Shown in pieces: positions 14,586 through 29,503 of a stretch of 64,000 nucleotides of DNA. Position 1 is the first letter of the stretch; each line of letters starts with the position of its first letter. The stretch is taken from positions 41,106,001 to 41,170,000 of the forward strand of contig OZ024752.1 in NCBI GenBank assembly GCA_964016885.1, in the 5' to 3' direction. Both the position numbers and the translations under genes were made by a program. The DNA is from Eledone cirrhosa (taxonomy: Eukaryota). Below the pieces are notes generated by a model that worked only from the letters and a program-made list of their open reading frames with translations, searched no databases and was not told where the DNA came from.

Positions 14586-15094
14586 AATCTATGAGATTTT
14601 GATATTATTTATTTTGAGAACTATACCTTAATGTCAGTATGAGTGGCCATTTATGACCGGGTTGAACAGAAATAGGTCGGATATGGCCGGTCTAAATACT
14701 CAAGAGATACGGCCTCCTTCGGTCAAGGTTGACCATGTTAATGTTGTACTCACACGTTTTTTATTCATAATTTTCCATGAAATGAATCCTTAATTTCTAG
14801 CAGTTATCTCCCCTTTCCCTTGGGAGAACCTGGATTTTTGGTTTCGTTTTCCAACCAAGAGGTAGCTTACAATTAATTAAAATTTTTTGCTAGAAATACA
14901 AGTTAAATCTCTTTCAAGAACATATTAAATGAATTGCATTTGGGTTTCCAGAACATAATGAAAACTAAAACATGATCACACACATACACATACGCACACA
15001 CATGTACACACACACACACATATATATTCTGTGACCTCAGTGTTTGGGTTTTTATTTTGTGTCTCTCCTTTGTTCTGTCCTACACCATCTTGTT

Positions 15095-15200
<106 letters not shown>

Positions 15201-15770
15201 TAACAGATTAAAGTTTAAGCAAAGAATCGCTGCTTATATTACTATTTATATATATACAGAGAGAGAGAGAGAGAGAGAGATAGAGTGGGGGGGGGGGCAT
15301 TTTGTGTGCATCTGTGTGTGTCTGTGTATGTGCACATATACGGGCGTATGTTTGCACATATATGTTTGGATATCTATGCCAAAAGAATCTTAAATATTTT
15401 TCATATCTCTCAGTATTTCATTAGACTTCGTCTTAAAATGCAAATAAAACATATATATCTAAAACAGCCTAAAGATTGTTTTGGAATCAGACTAAGCCTG
15501 GTAACTTTGAGAAATATTTCTGACGGATTCCCTAAGAAGATTTGGAATTCTTTACGCTATTCTTAGGCAGAATGGTAAAATGGAACTGGCTGCCAATTGA
15601 ACTGTGCTAAGATAGAACTTTCGTTGTAAATACTTTACTGAACATCTTACGAAATGGGGATTTGGCGGGAATGGAATTTTTTCTATATCGCTTTAATACT
15701 TTAGAAATATAATTTTGCAAGACATGCATATATGCATATATACATGCATGCATATATACATACATACGTG

Positions 15771-15839
<69 letters not shown>

Positions 15840-15929
15840 TAATAGTAATAATAATAAATTTGAAGACTAAAATCCAAAGAGGGCTCGATAAGGATAAATA
15901 TATATCAAATATATAAGAACCGTAGAGCA

Positions 15930-16056
15930 AATATTTATTAAAATAACAGATTAAAGTTTAAACAAAGAATCGCTGCTTTCACCCTTAACGGGATCTTCTG
16001 AAGGGTGAAAGCAGCGATTCTTTGCTTAAACTTTAATCTGTTATTTTAATAAATAT
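15930..16056. repeat. ~55-bp-arm hairpin insertion next to (TA)n containing a truncated hammerhead-like stem
   Basis: ATTTATTAAAATAACAG...CACCCTT / AAGGGTG...CTGTTATTTTAATAAAT; minus strand gives GAAGA TCCC gttaa GGG T GAAA; partial copy at 15194-15236. Confidence 0.65.
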
Positions 16057-16241
16057 ATATATATATATATGAAAGACGTAAAATAAGAAAATTTTAAAAC
16101 TTAAAAATTAACTTACTTAATAGTCTTTCATATAATTGTTCTGCATCCACCTGCATAGAACCACAAAGGTACTAAGACATAACATATATATTTGCTAGAA
16201 TTGGTATACATCTGTATACATATGTTGGTAGATATACTAAT

Positions 16242-16279
<38 letters not shown>

Positions 16280-16283
<4 letters not shown>

Positions 16284-16605
16284 ATCAAAAGATGGTTAAA
16301 AGAGTTCCATGTATTTTATTATGCGCATTTCAAAAACAAATATCATCATGCAATAACATTTGTGTTTTCGTCAGATAAAATAGGGAGACATGATATGAAG
16401 GTTAAAACACACTTGTGAATAGTGCAGTTTTAAATCAACATATATGTTGATTTAAAACTGCACTATTCACAAGTGTGTTTTAACCTTCATATCATGTCTC
16501 CCTATTTTATCTGACGAAAACGCAAATGTTATTGCATAATGATATTTGTTTTTGAAATGCGCATAATAAAATACATGAAACTCTTTTAACCATCTTTTGA
16601 TCTTA
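16280..16605. mobile_element. 326-bp palindrome of a hammerhead-bearing module, with tail to ~16700
   Basis: Centre 16442/16443; about 3 mismatches between arms; HHRs at 16313-16381 (-) and 16504-16572 (+); related copy 46286-46497. Confidence 0.8.
16504..16572 (+). ncRNA. Type-I hammerhead ribozyme-like motif
   Basis: ATTTTAT CTGACGA [CAAATGTTATT gcat AATGATATTTG stem II] GAAA TGCGCA TA ATAAAAT; palindromic stem III ATGCGCAT. Confidence 0.75.
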
Positions 16606-16709
16606 TATATTATTTATACTCCAGTCCTACAAACTGTAGAGTGCTACTTATCCGATATCTGCATTGCTTTATTGTACTACAATAAAACTCACCTCCTACA
16701 TATATATAG

Positions 16710-16784
<75 letters not shown>

Positions 16785-16824
16785 TACAAATATTAATAAA
16801 ATAGATGTTCTTGTGATCAATTAA

Positions 16825-16877
16825 ATTTTATTATACATATTTCAGAGGTACAACAGTACGTCCTCATCAGATAAAAT
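16825..16877 (-). ncRNA. Type-I hammerhead ribozyme-like motif (copy of 4263-4315)
   Basis: Reverse complement matches 4263-4315. Confidence 0.7.
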
Positions 16878-16987
16878 AAAATGATACATGATATACCCTG
16901 AGATGTTAAATGGTTAAGATTTAATCAAGGTAGTAAAACTCATTCTTTGATGTACTCATTAAATCTTGTTTAACTCTTTAATATATA

Positions 16988-17125
<138 letters not shown>

Positions 17126-17154
17126 AATTATGTAATAAACAACATAATATAATT

Positions 17155-17227
17155 ATCCCATTACCCAAGGTTTCGCGAAGTCAGACGATTCTAACAGAAA
17201 TGTCTGAATTTGTTCACCAGATGAAAT
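17155..17227 (-). ncRNA. Hammerhead-like motif with mutated core (CUGGUGA)
   Basis: Minus: ATTTCAT CTGGTGA ..TCAGAC..GTCTGA.. GAAA CCTTGGG TA ATGGGAT; adjacent to (TA)n. Confidence 0.45.
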
Positions 17228-17334
17228 ATCTTTATTATGGATATAAGATATGAAATTAAAATCTATTACATGAAGATGAATATATATATGTGTGTGTGTG
17301 TGTATGTATATATACACCCCCACCACACACACAC

Positions 17335-17744
17335 CTATATATATATATATAAAGTTGTAGTTCCTGTCTGTTTGTTTGTTTACGAACTCCTCCTATGGTT
17401 TTGAAGATAGACCGCCCCCCCTCCATAACCATATATATTCTGAAACTACATTGCCCAGGGTACTTGGATAAGTATATTTTATTTTTAATCAAAGGGTTCC
17501 CCGGGGGCACAAACCCGCGCTGAAAATTTTTTCCCTTCGATTTAAAGATATGATTTAAAGATATGATTACACCATCCATTACAAAAAATAATGTTTTCCA
17601 ATTTTTCATGCATTACATTTTACATTGAGTAATATTGAAATGCAGAGATTTTCTCCATAAATTATATCACTGATTTAAAATCAATTATCATTTTCTTAGA
17701 AAAAAAATGTGTGAATCGCAGCATTGCGCGGGTAATTCGGCTAG
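17335..17744 (+). mobile_element. Non-autonomous Helitron-like element
   Basis: 5' CTATATATATAAAG followed by GTCTGTTTGTTT microsatellite; 3' hairpin CGCAGCATTGCG then CTAG|T. Confidence 0.6.
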
Positions 17745-18310
17745 TATATATATACATTCATTTATTATGGCTATTGGTGAGATTTGTTACTCTAAAGTTT
17801 CACCTGTGAACTCACAGGTTCATCCGCCTTGTGTTCGAGTGTGGTGTGCGTTCGTGTGTATGCGTGTGTTCGCGTGTGTATGTGTGTGTACGTGTTTTTA
17901 TATATGTGTGTGTGTATGTGTATGTGCGTGTATGTATGTGGGCCGTCAAATATGAAATTTGTGGCGAGGCATATGGTCAACTGTTTTTTTTTTTTCTACA
18001 AATTTCATACGTGACGACACAATATGCATGTGTGTATATGTATGTGTGCGCATGAGTGTGTGTATTTCGGTGTCCATCTATGTGTGTGTATTTATGTGGG
18101 TGTACACACATATATATATATATGTGTACACACATATATATATATATATGTGTGTACACACACATAAATATATATATGCGCAACCGGTAAAAACTTAAAA
18201 ACTTTAAACCACAACTGAATACTAACCCATACAATCACTAATACTCTTTTATTCCTAATTAAACCATTTTTCAACTGTGAACAATTTGTCAGCATTTTCT
18301 ATTCCGTTTA

Positions 18311-18361
<51 letters not shown>

Positions 18362-18364
18362 TAT

Positions 18365-18840
18365 CTAAGGCGGGTAAAATTCCCGAGATCCATGGACGAG
18401 TTCTCTCCAGCGGTCTCTGTCCCTCATTATCGCTGCCATGTCCTGCGTCTCCAATAGACCAGTGTCTGTCCTTAGGGCATCAACATACGTTAACTTTGGT
18501 CTTCCTCTTCTAGTGTGTCCATGTAGGGGCTCCCAAAGGAGCACTGAGTGCAATGTCAACTCTGGATGTCGGTGAGCATGTCCAGCTAACCCCAGTCTCC
18601 TCTGAGATCGGTGTGGAAGTCGGACTTTCGTAGAGATCTGAAAATCCGCCTCTTCATTGCTGTAGTGGAGTCTGTGCTGCTGTATGGGTCTGAGACTTGG
18701 ACACTGACCAAGAAACTCACTCAGATGGTGGATGGGTGCTACACGAGAATGCTGAGGATGGCTCTGAACATTAATCAGTATACATTGAGGAGGAGAAAAA
18801 CTCAGAGCTGTATGGGAGCATCCCAAAAGTCAGCTCAAAA

Positions 18841-18842
<2 letters not shown>
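18365..18842. mobile_element. RTE-clade LINE fragment with internal inversion
   Basis: Minus 18365-18610 encodes RRLGLAGH...RRGRPKLTY...RDRWRELV; plus 18611-18780 encodes the upstream RT C-terminal part LKIRLF..VESVLLYGSETWTL...RMLR. Confidence 0.85.
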
Positions 18843-18890
<48 letters not shown>

Positions 18891-18959
18891 CAAAACATAT
18901 ATTTATATATATATATACGATATTAAATAAATGGAAACTATATTTATAAAACCATATTT

Positions 18960-19022
18960 ATTTCACTATATATATTTCAGGGATACCAAATTAAAATATG
19001 GTATGCCTTCATCAGATAAAAT
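18960..19022 (-). ncRNA. Type-I hammerhead ribozyme-like motif
   Basis: Minus: ATTTTAT CTGATGA aggcATACCA..TGGTATccct GAAA TATATA TA GTGAAAT (stem I with two G-U pairs); module lies between (TA)n tracts. Confidence 0.7.
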
Positions 19023-19212
19023 ACAATATATAAACAGTTTTATAAATAATTTTGACGTACCCTATTAGATGCAACCATTATTTTTGGAAGCTGTCTGGAT
19101 AGTATATATATATATATATATAGGATATATATATATATATGTGTAAACACATATATATATATGTGTGTACACACACATAAATATATATTTATATATATAT
19201 ATATATATATGC

Positions 19213-19295
<83 letters not shown>

Positions 19296-19327
19296 TAAAA
19301 TATATATATATATATATATATATATGC

Positions 19328-19381
<54 letters not shown>

Positions 19382-19793
19382 TAATCGTATCAATTATTCG
19401 TCCTTCCTGAGTTGTATTTCGTTTCAAATTACACCTCAAGCCTTATATATGCTTCTCCCTCCCTCCCTCCCCCACCTTTTCAACCCCTCCCCCCACCCTA
19501 TCATCTGCATCTATTCTATTACCCTCTCTCTCTCCCTCATTCTCTCTGTCATTGTACTCTCACCTTCGCCACCCTCTCTCTTCCCCCTCGCCGCTCTCTT
19601 CCTTCTCCCTCTTTTGTACCCGTATGTTCCGGTCTATGACAACCGGATGTCCTCGGCTTTATTTCGTCAGGAGTGATTCCGTCGTCTGCGGTCACGAACG
19701 CTATGACGTACTGCTACCACGTAATGGCGCAGATTATTCAGTGACGCAGACACCTCAAGCCGATACTGCACTTGTGTATATACTCATATACAC

Positions 19794-19870
<77 letters not shown>

Positions 19871-19877
19871 CGTGTAC

Positions 19878-19911
<34 letters not shown>

Positions 19912-19956
19912 ATACGTTCACACGTGTACACACAGACACACACACATATACATACA

Positions 19957-20026
<70 letters not shown>

Positions 20027-20040
20027 TATATATATATATA

Positions 20041-20090
<50 letters not shown>

Positions 20091-20288
20091 TATATATATA
20101 TATATATATATCTATTTATATATATATAATATATATATACATATATATATAGATTTATATATATTATATATATATACATATATATATATATATGCATTTA
20201 TATATATTATATATATATATATGTATATATATATATAATATATATAAAGAGAAAGAGAGAGAGAGATCGGGGGATTGACATATATGCG

Positions 20289-20409
<121 letters not shown>

Positions 20410-20849
20410 GAGGCGGGTTTTTATTCTATTTGAGTTGTCGCTGCTTTGGATAATTATTGGCGTAATTATTGTTAGAAGCTGATTGTATCTACAAAAAAAA
20501 GAAGATAAAGGAAGAGAGAGAGAGATAGAAAGAGAGAAATAGAGAGAGGGGGGGTGTTTAGTTTAAACAAAGCGACACAAATACTATGGAGAGAATGCTG
20601 TGTAACCGTGTCAAAAAAAATATTATGTACAATTAATAATTCATCTCCTTCGGCGGCTTAATCAAATCTCTGTGAATACATGAAGACTATGAATGATAAA
20701 TGGTTAATGTATAATAAATAAGTATGGTATGGTTAGACAGGGAATCGAAGAGAATGGAAGTGAAAGAGGTATATATAGATATATAGAGAGATAGTGAAGA
20801 AGGGAGAGAGGGTGGCATAGAGAGAAAGATAGATAGATAGATAGATATA

Positions 20850-20930
20850 TTTCTTTATTAGCCACAGGGGCACAAATGAAGGGGACAAATACAAAGGGGG
20901 AAGTTTACATACAATAAAAACGTGTAAAAT

Positions 20931-20974
<44 letters not shown>

Positions 20975-21548
20975 GATAGATAGATAGATATATAGATAGA
21001 TAGATAGATATGTTTCTTTATTAGCCACAGGGGCACAAAAGAAGGGGACAAATACAAAGGGGGAAGTTTACATACAATAAAAACGTGTAAAATGATAGAT
21101 AAGTTTCTTTTATTTGCCACTAGGGCATCAAAAGTGGGACAAGTACAAAGGGGGGAGTTTACACAAAAAGGCGTCCTCAATAAGGAGGAGGCAATAACAA
21201 AATATAAAAATAAAATAAGATATAACAAAAAATAAAATTTTTAACAAAATCCTCAATAGAGAGGAGGCGCCTTGGGGGGTCGCACACACCCCCGAAAAAA
21301 GTGTGCAACCCTTCTCCTCAGGAGCAGAGAGAAGGGGTGCTCCCTTGGTCTTTCATCTTCCTCACCTATAGTCTGATGTAGAGTGAAGGCCCATTCACAC
21401 GGGCCATTCTCGCCACTTTCACCCATCTTTCATAGAAACGGCTGGGGTGCAGCACCTCTCTCTCCATCCTGATCCTTCTTCCGAAATGATATCGGAAGAA
21501 ACGGACCAGTTGTTGGCCAGAGAGAAAGGTGTCTGACCTCAGTAAAAT

Positions 21549-21596
<48 letters not shown>

Positions 21597-22610
21597 TGTT
21601 TCTTTATTAGCCACAGGGGCACAAAAGAAGGGGACAAATACAAAGGGGGAAGTTTACATACAATAAAAACGTGTAAAATGTTATCACAAATGCAATTTAG
21701 AAAAATTAGTCGATTTTCCCCAATAGGCGGAGACAGTTCATATGGGTAACACATACCCCCGAAAAAAAATGTGCAACCCTCATCTCCAGGAGTACGAAGA
21801 GTTTGTACTCCCTTCCTCTCTTCCTCCTTTTCCCCAGCCTACAGGCTGATATAGAGAGAAGGCCCATTCACTCGGGCCATTCTCGCCACTTTCACCCACC
21901 TTTCATAAAACTTGCTGGGGTACAGCACCTCTCTCTCCATCCTGATTCTTCTTCCAAAGTGGTATTTGAAAAAAAGAGAGAAAGATAGATAGATAGATTT
22001 CATTATTTGCCACAAGGGCGTACAAAGAAAAGGGGACAATACAAAGACATGCCGGGGATTTTAGATACAGTCGTGTAAAAAAAAAATATAAAACAAACAA
22101 ACAATTACAACAATCGAAATCCCCAATAGGGGGGAGACGCCACAAAATTTGTTGTTTAATACCCCATCGATAGAACAACCCTCAACTCCAAGAGCATGTT
22201 GTGCAAGTGCTCCTTTCTTCCTTTTGCTCTCCTCTTTAACCTACAGGCTTATAAACAGAGAAGGCCCAATCACTCGGGTCATTTTCGCTTCATTCACCCA
22301 CCTTTCAGTAAATTTACTGGGGTGCAGTGCCTCTCTCTCCACCCTGATTCTCCTTCTAAAGTAATACTTAAAGAAGGGAATCAATTGTTGTCCGGAGAGA
22401 AAGGCATCTGTCCTCAGTCCTCTCAATCTCGTCCACCATATAACCTCTTTCACCATAGCCACTGTACAGAGGAAAACCGTCTCTCTTTCGTTTTTGAAAG
22501 AGGCTGGTGGTTTGATTCTTACTATGGACTCGGCAGTCAACTGGGTTTGTCCCACACGCCACAGCATTTGTTCTGCATAGTTCCACAGGTCGCTTACGCA
22601 GTGGACAATT
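20850..22610 (-). mobile_element. Cluster of ~5 Tx1/L1-clade LINE 3' fragments separated by (GATA)n
   Basis: Minus-strand ORFs with VIWWTRLRG...[15 protein letters not shown], homologous to 54110-54514; all in the same orientation. Confidence 0.75.
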
Positions 22611-22642
22611 AGATAGATAGATAGGTAGACAGAAAGATGTAT

Positions 22643-22752
<110 letters not shown>

Positions 22753-22760
22753 GATGGAAA

Positions 22761-22897
<137 letters not shown>

Positions 22898-22929
22898 TGT
22901 AGATAGAAAGATGTATATATATATATATA

Positions 22930-23258
22930 ATGCGGGCCCTAGGCCATAAAAAAGTTGGATTTTCTTTGCTCACGGTATGAAGAAGAGACTGACTAATACA
23001 TAGTTACAATTTCAAGGAAATCGGTCTGACGTAAAGCCTCAAAAAACCCCTAAAAAGCCTTTAAAATGCAGTTTTTCACCTAATGCGGGCCCTATGAGAT
23101 CAAAAAGTTGAATATTTTTATGTGCATAACACTCCCTGAAACATAAGTAATACTCATGTAAAGTTTGAAAAAAATCTGTTGGGTACTTCTCGAGCTTTAG
23201 AGATTCAAACTCACACACACACACACACACACACATCCTCAGTTTTATATATATCGAT
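22930..23258 (-). mobile_element. Helitron-like non-autonomous element, 5' part
   Basis: Minus begins ATCGATATATATAAAACTGAGGATGTGTG(TG)n...; internal repeat TAATGCGGGCCCTA. Confidence 0.4.
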
Positions 23259-23865
23259 TAGAATCTAATGGTATATCATAATTTATTGGTATAGACGAAT
23301 CTATAAGTATATCAGAATTTATTAGTATATTAATATTTATTAGTATAGTCGAATCTATTAGCATATTGGAATCTATTAGTATATTTGAATAATAATAATA
23401 ATGAAATTATTGTGTACAGTGCTCAGGTGCACTACAACTCATCAAAGGTGCATGTATAGTACATAGAATAATGTACAAATGTCAGGAAAATGAACAGTGT
23501 ATGAGTCATGATATACATGTATTAGTATATTAGAATATATTTGTATAGTCAAATCTATAAGTATATTAGTATCTAATGGTATATTTCAATCTATAAGTAT
23601 ATTAGAATATATTGGTATATATGTATAGTCAAATCTATAAGTATATTAGTAGCTAATGGTATATTTCAATCTATAAGTATATTAGAATCTATTGGTATAT
23701 AAGTATAGTCAAATCTATAAGTATATTAGTATCTAATGGTATATTTCAATCTGTAAGTATATTAGAATTTATTGTTATATATGTATAGTCAAATCTATAA
23801 GTATATAAGTATATTAGAATTTTCTGGTGTATTTGAGTGTATTAGTATATTACAATTTACTGGTG
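23258..23865. repeat. Degenerate ~18-20-bp minisatellite (AGTATATTAGAATCTA-like)
   Basis: Recurring AATCTATAAGTATATTAG motif with ~80-bp higher-order periodicity. Confidence 0.75.
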
Positions 23866-24060
23866 TATTTTCTCGATTCTCGATGTATAAGGAATGGTGT
23901 AACACTGTGACTATTTATGAGATGATTTAGTAACTAGGGCAGAACATATCTACCAAGATCTTTTGCCTGAAGATTAATTTCCTTCTATGATATCTCGTTC
24001 ATACGGTTTTCTCCACTTTTACTGCCACCTATTAATCATCAGCACCAAAGACTGATTGTA

Positions 24061-24691
24061 CGAGGGTTGATTGATAATTTCATAGGCTGACTATGAAGGA
24101 TTGATGCTGGGGTTGAGAAATCTTGCATGTATTAATTTCAGCTCTGCTTATCAATAACTGCATTGTTTCTTTCCAGAGACTAATGTTAAAAAATAAATCT
24201 CATTTGGTCATTCCATGAGAGTATCTTGGTCAGCCTATGAAGGATTGATGCTGGGGTTGAGAAATCTTGCATGCATTAATTTCAACTCTTCTTATCAATA
24301 ACTACATTGTTTCTTTCCAGAGACTAATGTTAAAAAATAAATCTCATTTGGTCATTCCATGAGAGTATCTTGGTCAGCCTATGAAGGAGTGATGCTAGAG
24401 CTGTGAAATCTTGCATGCATTAATTTCAACTCTTCTTATCAATAACTACATTGTTTCTTTCCAGAGACTAATGTTAAAAAATAAATCTCATTTTGTCATT
24501 CCATGAGAGTGTCTTGGTCAGCCTATGAAGGAGTGATGCTAGAGCTGTGAAATCTTGCATGCATTAATTTCAACTCTTCTTATCAATAACGCATTGTTTC
24601 TTTCCAGAGACTAATGTTAAAAAATAAATCTCATTTGGTCATTCCATGAGAGTATCTTGGTCAGCCTATGAACTTTTTCAGCCAACCTTTG
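24061..24691. mobile_element. Mariner-type MITE containing ~4 tandem 144-bp units
   Basis: TA|CGAGGGTTGA...TTTCATAGGCTGAC and GTCAGCCTATGAAC...CCAACCTTTG|TA termini; units start at 24092, 24236, 24380, 24524. Confidence 0.75.
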
Positions 24692-25199
24692 TATATATGT
24701 GTGTGTGCGTATATATAATATATATATATATATATATATGTGGGGGGGGGGGGTATGTATGTGTGTGTGTGTATGCGTGTGTGTATATGTGTATGTGTAA
24801 ATATGTATATATATATGTGTATGTGTATGTATGTGTGTGTTTCTGTATGTGTGTGTGTGTGTATGTATGTGTGAGTATGCGTGTGTGTATATGTGTATGT
24901 GTGTGCAAATATGTGTGTATGTTCATTGAATATATCAACAATTACAACACTTATTCTACCTAAGCCCCCTCCCCGCCCCCCAACTACTAATTAACAACTA
25001 AAATTAATTTACACCTATTAGACAACTTTCAGTATTCCCAGTTTTCCTACAGGACTTTTTTCTCTTTCATTCAATCATTTTTTTTCTTTCCTTCTTCCTT
25101 TCTTTCCTTTTTCTTTCCTTCTTTCCTTTTTCCCTCTTTTTCTACCGTTGTTATTTTGTTGTCTTATCACCGAGTTACTAAATTTAGATTCCAATTAGA

Positions 25200-25820
25200 A
25201 ATAACTATTTTTTACTTTACTAACAAGACCAGCCATTTTAATTAGATGTAGATGAGTTAATTAAATTAACCTCTGTACTTGGATGAACGATTAAATTGAC
25301 CTCAGCGAGGATTTGAACTCAGAAATTAAATCACCAGAACAAATAACTGTTTCTACTTTTGGCTCGAGGCCAGCAAATACCCCCAGTACATTACTGGTAC
25401 TTTATTTCATCGACCCCGTAAGGATGAAAGGCCGAGGTTAACTTTGCCTTTCATCCTTACGGGGTCGAGGAAATAAAGTACCAGTAATGCACTGGGGTAA
25501 TTGCCGGCCTTGTGCCAAAAGTAGAAACAATTATTATACCGAATATTGGCGGTGGATTGGCAGTAATTGTAGAGGGTCGGACGCCATACTACTTTGCTTT
25601 ACAGCATAGAGTTATGGCTCTTTACTGTCTGAGTTCAAATCCCGCCGAGGTTAACTTTGCCTATCATCCCGACGGGGTCAAAAAAATAAAGCACCAGTAA
25701 TATACTGGGGTAATGGCTGTCCTTGTGCCAAAAGTAGAAACAGTTATTTGTTCTGTGGATTTAATTTCTGAGTTCAAATCTTCGCTGAGATCCATTTAAC
25801 CATTCATCCAAGTACAGAAC
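25200..25820. mobile_element. Nested and inverted SINE copies
   Basis: Inverted SINE 3' halves 25346-25533 joined at GGTTAAC; full + SINE 25551-25743; outer inverted remnants. Confidence 0.75.
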
Positions 25821-26644
25821 AAATGACGTAAGATATTTTCTCCGACGCTCTACCGGCTTCCAATTTCCAGGCAGGGCTAGATGGTGTTATATTTTATCTC
25901 TAATAAAAGTATACAAATCAAATTTGGTCTAGGCCGGATTTGAAACTAGCCGGACGAAATACAACAAGACATTACTTGCGACATTCTTTTCATATTTATT
26001 TGCCCATATGCTGCTCTAAACCAATTAGAAAGGAAAGTTAAATAAAGAAATATTTCCCTAAGTTTTACTATGTATAAAAATAGTAAATTACTATCATGGA
26101 AATTGTTAGATATATTCAGTTTGCGTATTTTTGCTCCTGTGTGCTAATGAACACTTTCCTCTTTTAAAATAGAAACATTTATAAAATGTTGTTGTACAGA
26201 AAACATCTAGGAAAATATCTAATACAGAAATATAAACCAAGGGGGCTAATTAAGGGTCGTGCATACTAGGAACTCACACAGAAGTACTCAGATAAATATT
26301 TGAACCCAATTAAAATTCTGCTATGATTACGCTCACGTTCTCTACGTAAAATTTACTATACTTTGTTCTTCAGTCTTCTATGAATTTCCCTTTCCACTTT
26401 CTACTTTCCAGTCAATATTTCGCGAATTAAACGCAGGAACTCACGATCCTCTATAATATTTTCCTGAGAAAATCTGTGGAAAATAATCTTCTAGATTTCA
26501 GATTACGATTGAGCTTGGATAGTTGGCTCAATTAGATAACTCTTATGAATTTGAAAGGAGAGCCAATCATTGATGTGATTGTTAGATTTGCGGACAACTG
26601 GCTGAAGGCTCTGCGTTTCATAAAATCTCATCAGTATTATGATG

Positions 26645-26780
26645 TGAAAGCGCGTGGCTGAATGGTTAGAGAATTGGATTCGTAATCGTCAGGTTGTGAG
26701 TTCGATTGCCGGACCAGATGTTGCGCTATGTCCTTGAGCAAAACAATTTATTTCGCGTTGCTCTTTCCACCCTTGCGACC
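26645..26780 (+). mobile_element. Second tRNA-derived SINE family (fragment)
   Basis: A-box TGGCTGAATGG, B-box GAGTTCGATTGCC, followed by GTCCTTGAGCAAAACA; reverse copy at 43750-43885. Confidence 0.65.
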
Positions 26781-27121
26781 GATAGAGAGTATTAGCAATT
26801 GGAAAGACCAATGGAAACATTGTTTCCTCGGTCCGATTTGACGAACTCCACTCCACTCGTTAAGCGAATGAAGCCTGGGATCTTGTCGATCGACTGTTTT
26901 CATGTTGCCTTCACAACTTAGCCCCAATTCTCAATGGTCCAGTTGTTGATCTAATTGTAAAGACTATGTACGAGATGGTAATACAACTAAACTGTAACAA
27001 GCACCACATTTATATTGACAAATGGTGTCAGTTGTAGTATAGTGTTCAGATGATCTGGTGAGTTGCTCTGCCATGGATACGGCTTGTATTAAGACTAATG
27101 TGTCTAGTGATGCTCAAATAA

Positions 27122-27386
27122 TTGATTCTACTTTTGACACAAGGCCAGCAATTAGCCCAGTACATTACTGGTACTTTATTTTATCAACCTCGTAAGGATG
27201 AAAGGCAAAGTTAACCTCGGCGGGATTTGAATTCAGAACGTAAAGGGCCAAAACTCTGTGCTGCAAACCATGGTGTCTGACGCTCTACCGATACTGCCAA
27301 TCCACTGCCAATTGCCATCCACTGCCAATTGCCAATCCACTGCCAATTGCCAATCCACTGCCAATTGCCAATTGCCAATCCACTGC
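27122..27386 (-). mobile_element. SINE with short tandem amplification of its head
   Basis: SINE 27122-27305 followed by ACTGCCAATTGCCAATCC repeats. Confidence 0.75.
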
Positions 27387-27662
27387 TCAAATAATACGTG
27401 CTTGTCTGATAGAGTGTCCGTATAATGTGGTGTGTTTTTGTTGTTGTTTAGCCCCAGGCAGGACATGATCCTTTAAGCATAGAATCAAAGCAATTCCAAC
27501 AACGACCATCCCTTTATTTCCTTTTTAGATATAATGTTTCTAAGATATGTGACATGTTTTACATATATGTAAAACACGTAATATATATGCACACACACAC
27601 TCACACATACATATATACATACATTCATACATACATGCATACATACATATACATACATATAT

Positions 27663-27713
<51 letters not shown>

Positions 27714-27725
27714 TATAACTATATA

Positions 27726-27801
<76 letters not shown>

Positions 27802-27840
27802 TATAATTATATATATAAGTATAACTATATATATATAAAA

Positions 27841-27885
<45 letters not shown>

Positions 27886-27904
27886 AGTATAACTATATAT
27901 ATAT

Positions 27905-27935
<31 letters not shown>

Positions 27936-28102
27936 AATATAAACGGAAAAAATGAAACGAAATTTCATTTCCCACTCTTAGTACGGCTGTTACTTAAATA
28001 TAAGTATGTACACGTACATACTTATATGTATACAGACGTACAGTAGTATGTATATATATACATACATACATGCACACATATATATATGTACTATATAAGT
28101 AT

Positions 28103-28185
<83 letters not shown>

Positions 28186-28328
28186 TATAACCATATATAT
28201 ATATATAAATATATATGGTGAGTAATAATAAATATTACCCAGTTACAATTATGTTTGAACGATTAAACTCACTTCCATTATTATTTACATTGTATTATAT
28301 ATACATACACACACACACACACTCACAG

Positions 28329-28401
<73 letters not shown>

Positions 28402-28590
28402 TATACATCTATATACTATATATATATATATATTCAAAATAGTGGTCAACGGGACAAACACATATATATATATATATATACATCTATACATCTATATACT
28501 ATATATATATATATATATTCAAAATAGTGGTCCACGGGACAAACACAATGCCCCCCCCCCCGCAAAAAAAAAAAAACACCGTAAAAATGG

Positions 28591-28625
<35 letters not shown>

Positions 28626-28879
28626 ATCATTATGTTTGAAATGTTTTATCTTTGTAAATATATTTTTAAGGACCCTATATTCTTTGATATAATTCAATTA
28701 ATAGGGAGTCAGATATGTATGTATTAGAAGATGACAGTTTGAGGGAGAGAAAGTTGTAGAAGGAGAATATAAGTGATTAAATCTTTTGGACTGGAAGATT
28801 GAAAAGATATGTAAGGAATGTTGCATATCAAATAGAGTAAAGACATATTTCAAGTCAGTCGTGTGCTAAATGTGAGATG

Positions 28880-28922
<43 letters not shown>

Positions 28923-29000
28923 GACACACACGCACACATATATATATATATATACATATATATATACATATATATATGTATGTATATATATATATGTATG

Positions 29001-29034
<34 letters not shown>

Positions 29035-29228
29035 TTTATGTACATCTATATACACACACACAGACGTACACAGACACATCACACACACACATATATATAT
29101 ATATATACATTTATATATATATATATGTATGTGTAATATATATTATGTATACATGTATATATATATATATATTTCTCTCTCTCTATATATATATATATGC
29201 ATGTATACACACACAGACACACCCACAG

Positions 29229-29330
<102 letters not shown>

Positions 29331-29385
29331 CATGGATTTCTCACCACTATCCTTGTGATTCATTCATTATAGAACCAACTAATGC

Positions 29386-29449
<64 letters not shown>

Positions 29450-29463
29450 CTACTACTACTACC

Positions 29464-29503
<40 letters not shown>

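Noticed and set aside
19620-19775. CpG-rich island as an exon or promoter
   Set aside because: Partial similarity to 51545-51580 suggests an old repeat; no clear splice or promoter signals
26030-26560. Possible decayed coding fragment on the minus strand (EDREFLRLIREIL)
   Set aside because: Short, interrupted and no recognisable family
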